64,000 nt of DNA from a virus (IMGVR_UViG_3300028832_000102:32001-96000); one strand, 5' to 3'; shown: positions 8,065-17,454, counted from the first letter of the stretch. The notes: generated by a model not told the origin, from the letters alone. Made by a program: numbers and translations.

Positions 8065-8613
8065 TCAGTCCTCCAACTTATAAAGTACGATACTCTGGTT
8101 CATCAGCGGCTCGTCTCCGTCGCGCTCCAGCGCCAGCTCATAGTCAGGCTCTGGCACGCTCATGCTCCACTGCCCCAGCGGGTTCACGCCGTCCTCGTCC
8201 GTATAGACATAGAGCCACTTGCCAGCGAAGCGAAGCACGCCCACGGTGCCCCACTCATAGTGCGAGTTGTCGATATCCTCGCATACGCCCCAATGGCAGT
8301 TGTCGATACCGCTACGCTGAATAGCATCGAATAGGCTGAATATCTTCTCCTTCCACGCTTTCGATATCTGCTTCTCATAGATACGCATCGTGTCGCCCAT
8401 GTTGTGCTGCTCATAGGTCATGATATAGCGGTCGTCCTGCTCTAACACGTCGCCATGCACGCGCTCCTCCACAGGCTCGCATAGCGCCTTGGGGAAGTTT
8501 TTGCGGATAAACTCCACGAAGTCATCAAGTCCACCCTCGTAGTTATAGAAGGCGTTACTCAACTGCTCACTAAAATCCATGGTGTCCTCCACCAAAACAA
8601 TAACCTTTGCCAT
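8065..8613 (-). CDS. Hypothetical acidic protein, 182 aa
   Basis: ORF, GGAAAGGACTATG start. Confidence 0.7.
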   Translation of the reverse strand: MAKVIVLVEDTMDFSEQLSNAFYNYEGGLDDFVEFIRKNFPKALCEPVEERVHGDVLEQDDRYIMTYEQHNMGDTMRIYEKQISKAWKEKIFSLFDAIQRSGIDNCHWGVCEDIDNSHYEWGTVGVLRFAGKWLYVYTDEDGVNPLGQWSMSVPEPDYELALERDGDEPLMNQSIVLYKLED

Positions 8614-8628
8614 AGTCCTTTCCTCCCA

Positions 8629-8910
8629 TTAATTCAATCCTAAAAACCTGCGGTTCGTCTTACGGTCGAACCACTTGCTGATAGCGATGTACAGCAGTTC
8701 CACACTCACAGGCACCGCGAACATCACGGGCACACCGATAGCCAACCTCACCCAGCCCGACGTTCCCGCTGGTATCACCTCGCCCAGGAACACAGCCGTA
8801 ACATACCACACACCTATCACGATAGCGAAACCCGCTATCATCCACACAAAGCGCAGCATATAGATAGCCAACTTTTTCATAACCTTTTTCGTTTTAGTCC
8901 ATACACTCAT
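8629..8910 (-). CDS. Small membrane protein (two hydrophobic segments)
   Basis: Two TM-like stretches in the translation. Confidence 0.6.
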   Translation of the reverse strand: MSVWTKTKKVMKKLAIYMLRFVWMIAGFAIVIGVWYVTAVFLGEVIPAGTSGWVRLAIGVPVMFAVPVSVELLYIAISKWFDRKTNRRFLGLN

Positions 8911-8917
8911 TTCTATT

Positions 8918-9151
8918 TCAGGCTAAGTCTCCGTCGAACGGGTCCCATGTATAGTTCAACTCATGCGCCATGTCCTGCACAGCCATTTTGCCAATCTCGT
9001 CCACCATAGGCGCAGCCAACACACTCGCTGCCATAGCCACGATAATTGCACTACCCTTAGTGCAGCGGATAGTCTCAGGAGTCTTCTCCCACAACTTCTT
9101 ATACATTGCCTTGACGCTCTTTGCTGAGCGCATAGTTATAACCTTTGCCAT
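8918..9151 (-). CDS. Hypothetical protein (MAKVITM...)
   Basis: ATG after A/T-rich leader TTTACAACTATG. Confidence 0.6.
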   Translation of the reverse strand: MAKVITMRSAKSVKAMYKKLWEKTPETIRCTKGSAIIVAMAASVLAAPMVDEIGKMAVQDMAHELNYTWDPFDGDLA

Positions 9152-9191
9152 AGTTGTAAATTTTTGAATTGTTAAAACATTTTTCCAAATT

Positions 9192-9416
9192 TCACGCCGC
9201 CTGCCCATAGCTCCGCCCGTCACGATGGCGGATAGAGCCATACTTCGTGCCCACCTTGCGCTCCTCACCGAACACGCCCAGGATAGCGCACATCATCACG
9301 CCTACACACATATAGACCACTGTGCACGCCTTAAAGCCCGCACCATGCTGTGCCATTACCAGCACCATACCCGTAGCCACGATAATGGCTACCATGATTT
9401 TCACGAAAGTTCTCAT
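9192..9416 (-). CDS. Small membrane protein, 74 aa
   Basis: Two hydrophobic segments; ACGACTATG start. Confidence 0.6.
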   Translation of the reverse strand: MRTFVKIMVAIIVATGMVLVMAQHGAGFKACTVVYMCVGVMMCAILGVFGEERKVGTKYGSIRHRDGRSYGQAA

Positions 9417-9437
9417 AGTCGTATAGTTTTAGATTAG

Positions 9438-9599
9438 TCACTTTATTTCGTCGGCATAGTCTGCCGTCTGTTCTCCAAAATTCCAGTCCACCTCGTCCAG
9501 GCGATCACGCACCATAGAGACAGCCTCTTTTGCACTCTCTGCCTCCACCTCCATGTACCCGTTATAGATGCGGGTACACGTTACTCCAAACTTCTTCAT
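9438..9599 (-). CDS. 53-aa DpnD/PcfM-like protein
   Basis: MKKFGVTCTRIYNGYMEVEAESAKEAVSMV; VEAESxxEA pattern typical of that family. Not in the ORF track. Confidence 0.5.
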   Translation of the reverse strand: MKKFGVTCTRIYNGYMEVEAESAKEAVSMVRDRLDEVDWNFGEQTADYADEIK

Positions 9600-9850
9600 A
9601 AATTCTCCTCCAGATGTTTTAGCAGTTCCTTTTCGTTATAGTTCTCGATATTCTCCACATAGAAGAAAATCTTCTCGTCGATAGCCGTCGCTTCGCTGTC
9701 CCACGGTTCTTCGCCATAGGCATCTTCCAGCGCCTTGTCGGCTACGTTCACGCTCCCGTAGCACTCATCCTCCCACGACGGGATAGAGCGTATGTCGAGC
9801 GTGCGGACAGAATAGTCCACACCCTTAAAGGGGATAGTCCAATTATCCAT
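9596..9850 (-). CDS. Hypothetical acidic protein
   Basis: ORF with GGAGG upstream of ATG 9850. Confidence 0.6.
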   Translation of the reverse strand: MDNWTIPFKGVDYSVRTLDIRSIPSWEDECYGSVNVADKALEDAYGEEPWDSEATAIDEKIFFYVENIENYNEKELLKHLEENL

Positions 9851-10071
9851 AGTTTTGTCCTCCCGATAGTTAAGTTTACAAACCACTTCATACTTTTCAC
9901 TTGATTGTCCTTCACGATAGCGTAACCCTCGCAGCCTGCGAGACGCGCGGCTTTAGCCACTTCCTGCTCCGTGTAGTCACTTGGCATTTTCTCCTTGCCC
10001 CAGGTACTTGTGTCCGCCATACGTTTCCGTGAGTGGAAATAGATGGCATAGGTTCCGATGAATCCTTGCAT
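9748..10071 (-). CDS. Hypothetical protein
   Basis: ORF; 3' end overlaps the next gene. Confidence 0.45.
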   Translation of the reverse strand: MQGFIGTYAIYFHSRKRMADTSTWGKEKMPSDYTEQEVAKAARLAGCEGYAIVKDNQVKSMKWFVNLTIGRTKLWIIGLSPLRVWTILSARSTYALSRRGRMSATGA

Positions 10072-10088
10072 AGTTCTGCTCTCCACGA

Positions 10089-10385
10089 TTATAGTTCAAC
10101 TTCTTTCAAGTTATGCCACCACTTCAACCACTCAGCGGTACCCTCGTCATCGCCTTCTGCCAAGTCGTCGAACTCGCGATAGTCTATAAGGATTTTGCAC
10201 CACTCCATCATAGACTTGATTTTGCGCTGCTTGTCCTGTAACTTCAGATACTCTGGATTACTCTCGGGTACGTGATAGCGCTTCATTATGCGGATAGCCG
10301 CATTGAGATCGCCCAGGCGGGCATACTGAGCCTTACGCAGTTCTTCGTTCTCTGCTAATAGCTCGATATACTTCTTGGTAGTCAT
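10089..10385 (-). CDS. Hypothetical protein (MTTKKY...)
   Basis: GGGAGG upstream of ATG 10385. Confidence 0.6.
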   Translation of the reverse strand: MTTKKYIELLAENEELRKAQYARLGDLNAAIRIMKRYHVPESNPEYLKLQDKQRKIKSMMEWCKILIDYREFDDLAEGDDEGTAEWLKWWHNLKEVEL

Positions 10386-10501
10386 TGCTTTGTCCTCCCA
10401 CGATAGAAAGAAATTTGCCACACAATTTGCAGGTGTGGCTTCTGCTAGCCAATCTAATAGGGAGTCAGGCTGTAACTCCCGTCCGTCTCGCGGACTTGCA
10501 T

Positions 10502-10575
10502 AGCAGGGGAGGCGGGACTCGAACCCGACATGGCACGCGATAAGCATGCCAGTAGTCCATTGCTACTGTCTCCCC
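10502..10575 (-). ncRNA. tRNA-like cloverleaf with non-canonical anticodon arm
   Basis: Minus strand: GGGGAGA..CCTCCCC acceptor, GTAG-CAATGGA-CTAC D arm, TGGCATGC/GCGTGCCA arm with 5-nt loop, CGGG-TTCGAGT-CCCG T arm. Confidence 0.55.
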
Positions 10576-11575
10576 CTAATCCGTCTCTTGCGTAGTGCAT
10601 AGGCTCGGATTAATTTGCTTGAACACATGAGGCGTGATAGAATCAAGAAGTAGTGCAGGGGCACACTGATAGTTATGCCCCGCACTACACCTGCGTGATA
10701 GGGAACTATCCAATGATAGTGGCCTTCAACAGGATAGGCTCAGCCTCCTGCTCACCTGCGAAAACATCGTCACAGATAGGAGCTTCGGGCACAATCTTGA
10801 CCGTATTCATGGCTCAATAGTGTTAAAGCGTTAGAGAAATGAATCAACATAGTCAGTCGTGCAGGTGCAGCCCGCCACCTACTGCATTTTTCCGCGATAG
10901 TACCTGCCGACGTCGATAAGAGATAGATAGTATAATTCACTCCGAATAGCGTCACTTCCCGCGCCTTGCGTGCATGCGGCGCATACGTCCTGTCACGCAT
11001 AGAACATCATTCCGATAACGCTACTCACCACGCACTCCATACCCTCTCGGGCGTGGCGATAGTGGAGTTTCCTCGCTCTCATGTCCGTCTATCATATAGC
11101 ATCTCTCAGCCCGTTAGGACTGAAAATCCGACACCCATAGCATAGTCGTCTTGTGGGGGTACGGTAGTGCCTACGACGTCGCATAAAGCATCGCCGTAGG
11201 CTATCTACACTCGTACAAAAGTCTTATCATGGAACAATAGTGGGTTGGTGCCCACGTGATACCAGATAGTGCAGCAACACGGATTACCTTTCCCTGCGCG
11301 TTAAGCCGTAGCAACGCGGTACTCGTACATGCTCAGCCGCACAATAGCCTCTTACGCCCATACTGACGTGATAGCGTCACGTTCCTCGCGCGCCATAGAC
11401 GATCCCATAGTACACACTCCATGCTCGGTTACTCTCGGTGGTGCAATAGACTCAGCTATCACCTTGGTCATGGCAATCCACCTGATAGATGCCTGCGCGT
11501 GATAGGAGCACATACATTGCCCGTCCATAGTTGTCTGGTCATAGACTCTACACGTCATAGTCTGTCTCGTAAATC

Positions 11576-11670
11576 TTGCGCCCATAACCGGAGTCGAACC
11601 GATAGAGAGTTGCATCCCGCCACCTGATGCTTTTATCCGCGATAGTACTCCCTGCCGCGTTAATATGGGC
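11576..11670 (-). ncRNA. tRNA-like element
   Basis: Perfect GCCCATA/TATGGGC acceptor plus ATCGG-TTCGACT-CCGGT T arm; central arms abnormal. Confidence 0.5.
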
Positions 11671-11681
11671 TGCCTATAGAG

Positions 11682-11984
11682 TTACACGAACGATCTGCCT
11701 TTGCAATAGACCGTGATGTAGCTATTTTCAAACCTGTGCGTACGATAGACCTGACGCTCACACTTCGTGATAGTAGCCTGCGGCTTCTTCTTAAAGCGTT
11801 TCGTCTTGCACTCGCGCACGATGCGATAGCGCTTGGTGTCCTGTAACTTGAAATACGCTTCACGACTTGCTTTCTCACGTCGATAGTTACGCATAGCCTC
11901 GGCGAACTCCTCGCGCTCGCGTTCTGCTTGCTGCGCACGCTCGATAAGCGCACGCTGCCGCTCATAATAGATGTCATGTTCCAT
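11682..11984 (-). CDS. Hypothetical basic protein, 100 aa
   Basis: ORF with A-rich leader. Confidence 0.55.
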   Translation of the reverse strand: MEHDIYYERQRALIERAQQAEREREEFAEAMRNYRREKASREAYFKLQDTKRYRIVRECKTKRFKKKPQATITKCERQVYRTHRFENSYITVYCKGRSFV

Positions 11985-12042
11985 TATGTTTTCCGTAGTT
12001 TAAATTGTCTTTCTTATCTGCGTATAGAGTGTTCTCACCCGA

Positions 12043-12117
12043 TAGCCCCCAAGGTGGGAGTCGAACCCACCTGGCGCACGCGATAGCGATTGCCTTTCCC
12101 GAAATTTCACATGGGGA
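12043..12117 (-). ncRNA. tRNA-like element
   Basis: GTGGG-TTCGACT-CCCAC T arm, CCCCATG/CTTGGGG acceptor. Confidence 0.45.
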
Positions 12118-12130
12118 GCCTCGCGATAGA

Positions 12131-12778
12131 TTAGATGTTAGCGTCCTCGACGCGTACCTTAGTCTTCACGAGTTTTCCGTCACGATTCTGAACGATATAG
12201 AGGTCGCCCTTCTTCAGTTCTTCCCACTTCTCCGCACTCGCGGTAGCGCGCTTCTTCTCGTTCTCGATGTCACGGCTCTGCTCGAGCACTTTCATGAGGA
12301 GCTTAGGACCCCATCCGTACTCGCTGATAAGACACTTGCGGTAGAGCTTGATAGGCTTGCCTGCCTCGCCCTTAATCTTCTTGTCGGCTTCCTCACTCGT
12401 ATAGAGCGACTCTTCCTTTGTTCCGTTAGCGTCATTGTCAACAGTCACCTTAACATTACGCTCGAAGTAGGCATAGTTAGCCTTAACCTTACCATCAGAG
12501 CCGATAACCTTGAGGTCGGCATCGGTAGCATCATTGTACATTCCTACTGTGTACCCCAGGATAACGCCCTTAGAGGTCATCTTAGGCAATAGTCCGTACT
12601 TAGCAACCTGCTGATACTTCTGCAACTTGTAGATAGTCACGTTGCCATCCTTGTCGACTGACTCGAGCTGCTTCTTCAGGTCGTTAGATAACGCCTTAAG
12701 TTGCGCCTGCTTAGTGCATGAATTGTTAATCACTGCTTGGTTCAGTCTCTTCTCGTTAGCTTTTTCTTGCTGTGTCAT
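12131..12778 (-). CDS. Hypothetical Lys-rich protein (first gene of leftward operon)
   Basis: ATG 12778 after TTTTACAACT leader; long clean ORF. Confidence 0.75.
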   Translation of the reverse strand: MTQQEKANEKRLNQAVINNSCTKQAQLKALSNDLKKQLESVDKDGNVTIYKLQKYQQVAKYGLLPKMTSKGVILGYTVGMYNDATDADLKVIGSDGKVKANYAYFERNVKVTVDNDANGTKEESLYTSEEADKKIKGEAGKPIKLYRKCLISEYGWGPKLLMKVLEQSRDIENEKKRATASAEKWEELKKGDLYIVQNRDGKLVKTKVRVEDANI

Positions 12779-12828
12779 AGTTGTAAAATTTTTGAAGTTT
12801 GACATTAAGAAATCTGCAATAAGTGCAT

Positions 12829-12914
12829 TGTGGGTGAGTAGGGATTCGAACCCATACACACTCCGTCCACACTTTACGAGATAGATAGACAGACTCCTTG
12901 CCATCGCCTCTCCC
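12829..12914 (-). ncRNA. Degenerate tRNA-like element
   Basis: GGG-TTCGAAT-CCC T loop, GGGAGAG/CTCACCC acceptor with one mismatch. Confidence 0.35.
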
Positions 12915-13042
12915 GCTTACGGGTTGGTGCCAACTATTGCAGAGGCGAATCCCCACACACAAGGGTACACAATACGCTGCCATTCCGAAGCACTCACGTG
13001 CCAAACACGCATTGGGGCATTTTCATAGGTAGGCGCAAATAT

Positions 13043-13095
13043 GGGCATACGGGTGTTTCCTTTGCAAGTGCGTACGAGGGCATACGGGTGTTTCC
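13043..13095. repeat. 18-bp direct repeat GGGCATACGGGTGTTTCC x2
   Basis: Exact copies at 13043-13060 and 13078-13095. Confidence 0.85.
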
Positions 13096-13199
13096 ACGTA
13101 CCTCTACCTAAATGTATGTAAATTCATCAAAGACCGCTGTTTCTGTTTCCGTTCTTGTTTCTGTATCCGTTGTTGTTCCGTTGTTGTTTGGAACTGATG

Positions 13200-13230
13200 C
13201 AAAGATACGAAAAATATCTTTTTTTCCAAA
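13200..13230 (-). promoter_or_regulatory. Bacteroidetes housekeeping promoter driving the leftward operon
   Basis: TTTG (-33) - 19 nt - TATCTTTG (-7) on minus strand. Confidence 0.7.
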
Positions 13231-13641
13231 CAATATGCGAACTTTTTTTGGAGAAAAACACAATTTGCCATGAAATTCTTAGAAAAGGTACACGCGAGGA
13301 AAATTGCACATTTTGCCATGTTTTGTGCAATTTTCGGGTGCTCGTTTTCCACCTTTGCGGAGCATATTTGCACCCAAACTGGAAAACCCCGCACCCACTC
13401 CACCGATCGAGCGAGGCGCGGGGTCGATTCTTTGTTTTCGAAAAAAAAATAAAAAAAAAACGGTGAATATATTTATACAATAATAGCTACAAACAAAAAA
13501 ACAACCTGAGAAACAGAGGCTGCGCCCAGATTGCTTAATTAATTATTTGTAACTATAAAACTACGTATTGCTGTTTATCGCTCCGTGATTTAACATTTCA
13601 ACTGTTAAATACCTATTCCGTTTTAATAATTAAAAAACAGA

Positions 13642-14163
13642 CTATACCTTATTATTATCTATGACAATTTCATAATATTCCAGTACACTGGCAATGGCTA
13701 TGAGTTCATCGTTCAGTCGGTCTGCATCCTCGCGCGATATATGTCCGTAGGTCTGATGACTCACGCTGGCTAGGCGCGCCTTGCACTTCTGCGCGTTCCA
13801 TCCCAGCAGGCGCAGGGTGAGCGCACGCATATTAAAGAAGCGGCCCATACCCTCCTTAATCTGTTCTACCACAGCAGGATCGTAAACCTTGCCGCAACGG
13901 TTGGCAAACGTCTGTTCGCTGCCAAAGGTGAGCAGGCAGCCGCGCAGATCGGCGGCCATAAGAGGCAGAGCGTTGTTAATCTTCTGGATATTGGTCTCGG
14001 TAAACTGCAGGGGATTGCCGTGGCGACGGGGCTCATGCCTGAAACATGCACGCACGATGCTTTCACCGACGCCCATATACTGGCTAATCACAGCAGCCAT
14101 CATGTTATGCTCCTGCATAAACTGATACAGCTTGTCGGGCGATACTTTCATCTTCTGTCTCAT
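13642..14163 (-). CDS. Hypothetical protein, possible N-terminal HTH
   Basis: ORF with its own -33/-7 promoter at 14199-14229. Confidence 0.7.
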   Translation of the reverse strand: MRQKMKVSPDKLYQFMQEHNMMAAVISQYMGVGESIVRACFRHEPRRHGNPLQFTETNIQKINNALPLMAADLRGCLLTFGSEQTFANRCGKVYDPAVVEQIKEGMGRFFNMRALTLRLLGWNAQKCKARLASVSHQTYGHISREDADRLNDELIAIASVLEYYEIVIDNNKV

Positions 14164-14404
14164 AATACATTCAAATAATCGTTGTAGCTATTCATTGGCA
14201 AAGATATATCTTTTTTCTCAAACAACAAAATCACTTAACATTATTTGTCTTTTTTCGCAAACGCAAGAGGGATGAGGGAAAATGTAAGAGGGAAGATGTA
14301 AGATAAAGTAAGATGTCTGAAGTAAGAGGAAAGCCGTCAGCCCTCTTCCATCAGACATCTCTTCACACGTTATTCACATCATATTGGGGAACCGTCCCCG
14401 TGTG

Positions 14405-14872
14405 TTACTCGATGCCGCCCTGGCCGTCGCCTGAGCCGCCTTGGTCGCCAGTACCGGTACCAGAGCCGCCGGTATTCTCGGGCTCCTCGGCATCGTCCTC
14501 GTCGGTGATCAGCTTCACGCTCATCTGCTCCACAATCTGGCGCATCTTCTTAGAGGCACGATACAACACACGCTTCTTCACCACCTTCACGTCGTCGGCC
14601 TCGTCGGCTGCCTTGGTGCTGATGGCGGGCGACACGGTGCCGATGCCGATGTCAACACTGCGGCCGTCCTGAATGGCATCCTCGATGGCCGGCACCATGT
14701 ACTTCAGCACCATCTCGCAGGTGGCCTGGCGGATACCAGTCTCGTGGCTGATCTCCTTGGCCAGTCGCTCCAGGGTGAAGGGGTCGGCCAGACGGCGACG
14801 ACCCACAAACTTGGTTTCCTTGTCTTTGCCAAACCCTATCTTGGTTTGGACTTTCTCCATGTGTAAACTCAT
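14405..14872 (-). CDS. HU-like DNA-binding protein (Bacteroidetes type, Gly-rich tail)
   Basis: LAKEISHETGI..., GRSVDIGIGTVSPAIS, VLYRASK and acidic/Gly-rich C-terminus. Confidence 0.8.
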   Translation of the reverse strand: MSLHMEKVQTKIGFGKDKETKFVGRRRLADPFTLERLAKEISHETGIRQATCEMVLKYMVPAIEDAIQDGRSVDIGIGTVSPAISTKAADEADDVKVVKKRVLYRASKKMRQIVEQMSVKLITDEDDAEEPENTGGSGTGTGDQGGSGDGQGGIE

Positions 14873-15163
14873 AATGGTTGATTAATTTAGTTAATAACTA
14901 CAAATTGGCTGACCTGAATGATACAGCCAGGTTTAAAGACACAATCGCTCGGCATCCCGAAGGGTGACGCTTTTACAAAGCGAAGCGACTAAAAGAACAG
15001 ATTCTTTTTTAAACAAAAACAGAAAAAAACACTTTTGGATGTTTGTGGCTCCTGCAGAGCCCCATGTGCTAAGTGCTATGCCTTTGCCTCTAAGAGCGAG
15101 CTCTTCCATCAAAGCCCTACCCTTTATCACGATAACTGTCGTTATCACAAACAGCCAAAAGCA

Positions 15164-15452
15164 AAAACAACGCTGCGCTAAAAAATCATCAGACCTCAGA
15201 CATCAGACCTCAGACATCATACATCAGACATCATACATCAGACATCATACATCGGTATCCTCTGTTTTTTAGATTGTGACAACAATCGTTGTTTTTGCTT
15301 TTCTGATGATGCTACCAGTAGGGGTGATGTTGTAGACGGAGGGCGGGGCTGGGAGCTTGCTCACAAGCATAGGCATACGGCTGCAACATCAAAGGCACGG
15401 CGAGTGCCTGCATCGGCAGAAAAGTTTTTTTTATTGTTTTTTTCTTCTTCAT
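15164..15452 (-). repeat. Copy A of a ~280-bp duplicated module (includes 46-aa ORF 15312-15452)
   Basis: Aligns with 17936-18198; ORF MKKKKTIKKTFLPMQALAVPLMLQPYAYACEQAPSPA. Confidence 0.8.
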
Positions 15453-15518
15453 GACATTGGTTGATTAATTTAGTTATCCTAAACAAAAATTGTTCGGCAG
15501 ATTGACATACTCCCACGT

Positions 15519-16667
15519 CTAAAGCCGTGGGATTCTTGGGTGCTTACGCCCCCGCACGGTCGCCACAGCGGGCTTCCGCGTCTTACTGGGATTCCCCAAC
15601 GAGGCAATGCCCTGCCTCAGAATGTTGTTCGCAGCATGAAGGTCGCGGTCGTGATGGGCACCACAAACAGGACAGGTCCACGACCTTTCAAGCAACGATA
15701 GAGATTTATGAATATGACCACAGTCGCACAACTTGGAAGAAGGGAAGTAGCGGTCAATCTTCTTGACCGTCACGCCATAGCGAGGTGCAAGGTACTCCAG
15801 CTTTGCAATCATCTTGCCGTGGGCGAGGTCTTGCATCTTACGACCCCAGAGCTTCGTCATGCCCGTGAGCTGCAAGTCCTCGATGCAGATGATGTCGTAC
15901 TTGCGGCACAGCTTGTGTGCTTCCTCCCACTGCCAGTTGTCGCGCTGGTTGACGATGCGTTCCTCCACACGGTTCTTTGCGCGTCGTGCCAGTTTCCTGT
16001 GGTTGCTCCCTTCCACGCAGCGCGACAACTTGCGGTCGGCCTTCTTCTTGGCGTTCATTCCCTGCTTCAGGAAACGTGGCGACTGAATGCGCTTGCCGTT
16101 GGAGAGGGTCATGTACGTCTTCAGCCCGAAGTCGATGCCAACGGATGCACCATTATGTGTCTTTCCGATGGATTTTCCTTCGGCTTCGATACTGAGGACG
16201 ATGTAGTATTCTCCGAGCGGCGACCGCTTCACGGTCACGCCCTTAATCGCTCCCAATCCCACGTATGGACGGGAGAGCGAGAACTTATAGCGTTTCTTGA
16301 TTTTGTTGATGGTGATCACGTTTCCGTTCAGCGTGTAGCCACCCTGCTTGAACCTGAAGGACGTGAACCAGTCGGCCTTCTTGAACTTAGGCGGTCTCTG
16401 CTGTATATGCTTGAAGAAACGCTGGTAGGACAAGTCGAGCCTTTCCAGTATCTCCTGCACGGTCTGCGAGTGAAGGCGGCTGCTCTTGCCATACCAGCGT
16501 ACCCATTTGCCTTTGAGCCGTACCACGTCGATGTACTTATGATACATGCGGTAGTACCGCTTCTGCAACGCCAGCGCATGATTCCACACCCAAGCGGCCT
16601 CGCGCAGCATCGCGTCGAGGTGCTTGGTTTGCTTGCTCGTGTAGAGCTTGTACTTATAGGCTATCAT
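15519..16667 (-). CDS. tnpB: RNA-guided endonuclease TnpB
   Basis: AYKYKLY N-terminus; RuvC GIDFG, IEDL, DRDLHAANNI; Zn finger CDCG..CPVCG; catalytic residues intact. Confidence 0.95.
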   Translation of the reverse strand: MIAYKYKLYTSKQTKHLDAMLREAAWVWNHALALQKRYYRMYHKYIDVVRLKGKWVRWYGKSSRLHSQTVQEILERLDLSYQRFFKHIQQRPPKFKKADWFTSFRFKQGGYTLNGNVITINKIKKRYKFSLSRPYVGLGAIKGVTVKRSPLGEYYIVLSIEAEGKSIGKTHNGASVGIDFGLKTYMTLSNGKRIQSPRFLKQGMNAKKKADRKLSRCVEGSNHRKLARRAKNRVEERIVNQRDNWQWEEAHKLCRKYDIICIEDLQLTGMTKLWGRKMQDLAHGKMIAKLEYLAPRYGVTVKKIDRYFPSSKLCDCGHIHKSLSLLERSWTCPVCGAHHDRDLHAANNILRQGIASLGNPSKTRKPAVATVRGRKHPRIPRL

Positions 16668-16688
16668 GCGCTATATTATTATATATGG

Positions 16689-17156
16689 TTAATCAATCTG
16701 TGCGTGGCTGCTCAGGTCACTGTCGGAGTATCGGCTGAACATACTCAGGTCTTCGTCGTCGGCGGCATACTCTATGTCGCCGTCCTCCAGCTCCAGCTGG
16801 CACAATTCAGACACAGCAATGTCGCGCAGCCTTGTCTTTATGAGATTGTCGCCTCGCTTGACGTAAATTTCGGGTACACGGTCGTCTGGGTACTCCCACA
16901 TGATCTGCTGAAACACCCACTCGATGGCAGTCAAAGTGTAGTCACGTTTCAGCTTCGTAAACTCCACTTCCGGCATCATCTGTGCCAGCTCGCAGCGCAC
17001 GGAGTCGATGTGCTTGAAGTCAAAGTAAATCACCTGGGCCTGGACATTGCCGCCCACCTCTTTCACGTCCAGTCCGTAGAGGAACTTGCCGAAGTAATCT
17101 TTCAGCATCTTCTTGTAGTCGCGTCCGAGCGACTGCGGGGTTTTGATTCTTCTCAT
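16689..17156 (-). CDS. Hypothetical cargo protein inside the IS
   Basis: ORF (MRRIKTPQ...) with promoter at 17344-17375. Confidence 0.7.
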   Translation of the reverse strand: MRRIKTPQSLGRDYKKMLKDYFGKFLYGLDVKEVGGNVQAQVIYFDFKHIDSVRCELAQMMPEVEFTKLKRDYTLTAIEWVFQQIMWEYPDDRVPEIYVKRGDNLIKTRLRDIAVSELCQLELEDGDIEYAADDEDLSMFSRYSDSDLSSHAQID

Positions 17157-17454
17157 ATCAATATTGTTATAGCAAATATGGGGCGGCACTACGAGTTGCT
17201 ATGGCCAATATTGCAAAGCCACCGGGGTCTTTCGACTTACCGACTCGGTTCCGCCCCAATGGGGTTTATTCATTATTTGGCAGATACAAAAATAGCCACC
17301 TGTTGTGGCGGCATCGTCGTACCGCAATATTGTTTAAGCGCTGCAAAGTTAAGCAATTATTTTTATCCTTGCAAATTTTTCAGCAGAAAATTATATTATA
17401 TGTATCAAATCAATTCAATCATCAGGCACGAGCGAGCGTCCTTAGCTGCGGCCC

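Noticed and set aside
10502-12914. Functional tRNA genes
   Set aside because: No canonical 7-nt anticodon loops, so recorded as tRNA-like only.
1-13030. TAG stop-codon reassignment as the cause of ATAG excess
   Set aside because: The TAGs are on the non-coding strand, and genes are intact under the standard code, some ending in TAG.
13104-13480. Short ORFs in the promoter region
   Set aside because: Low-complexity A/T-run translations overlapping promoter elements.
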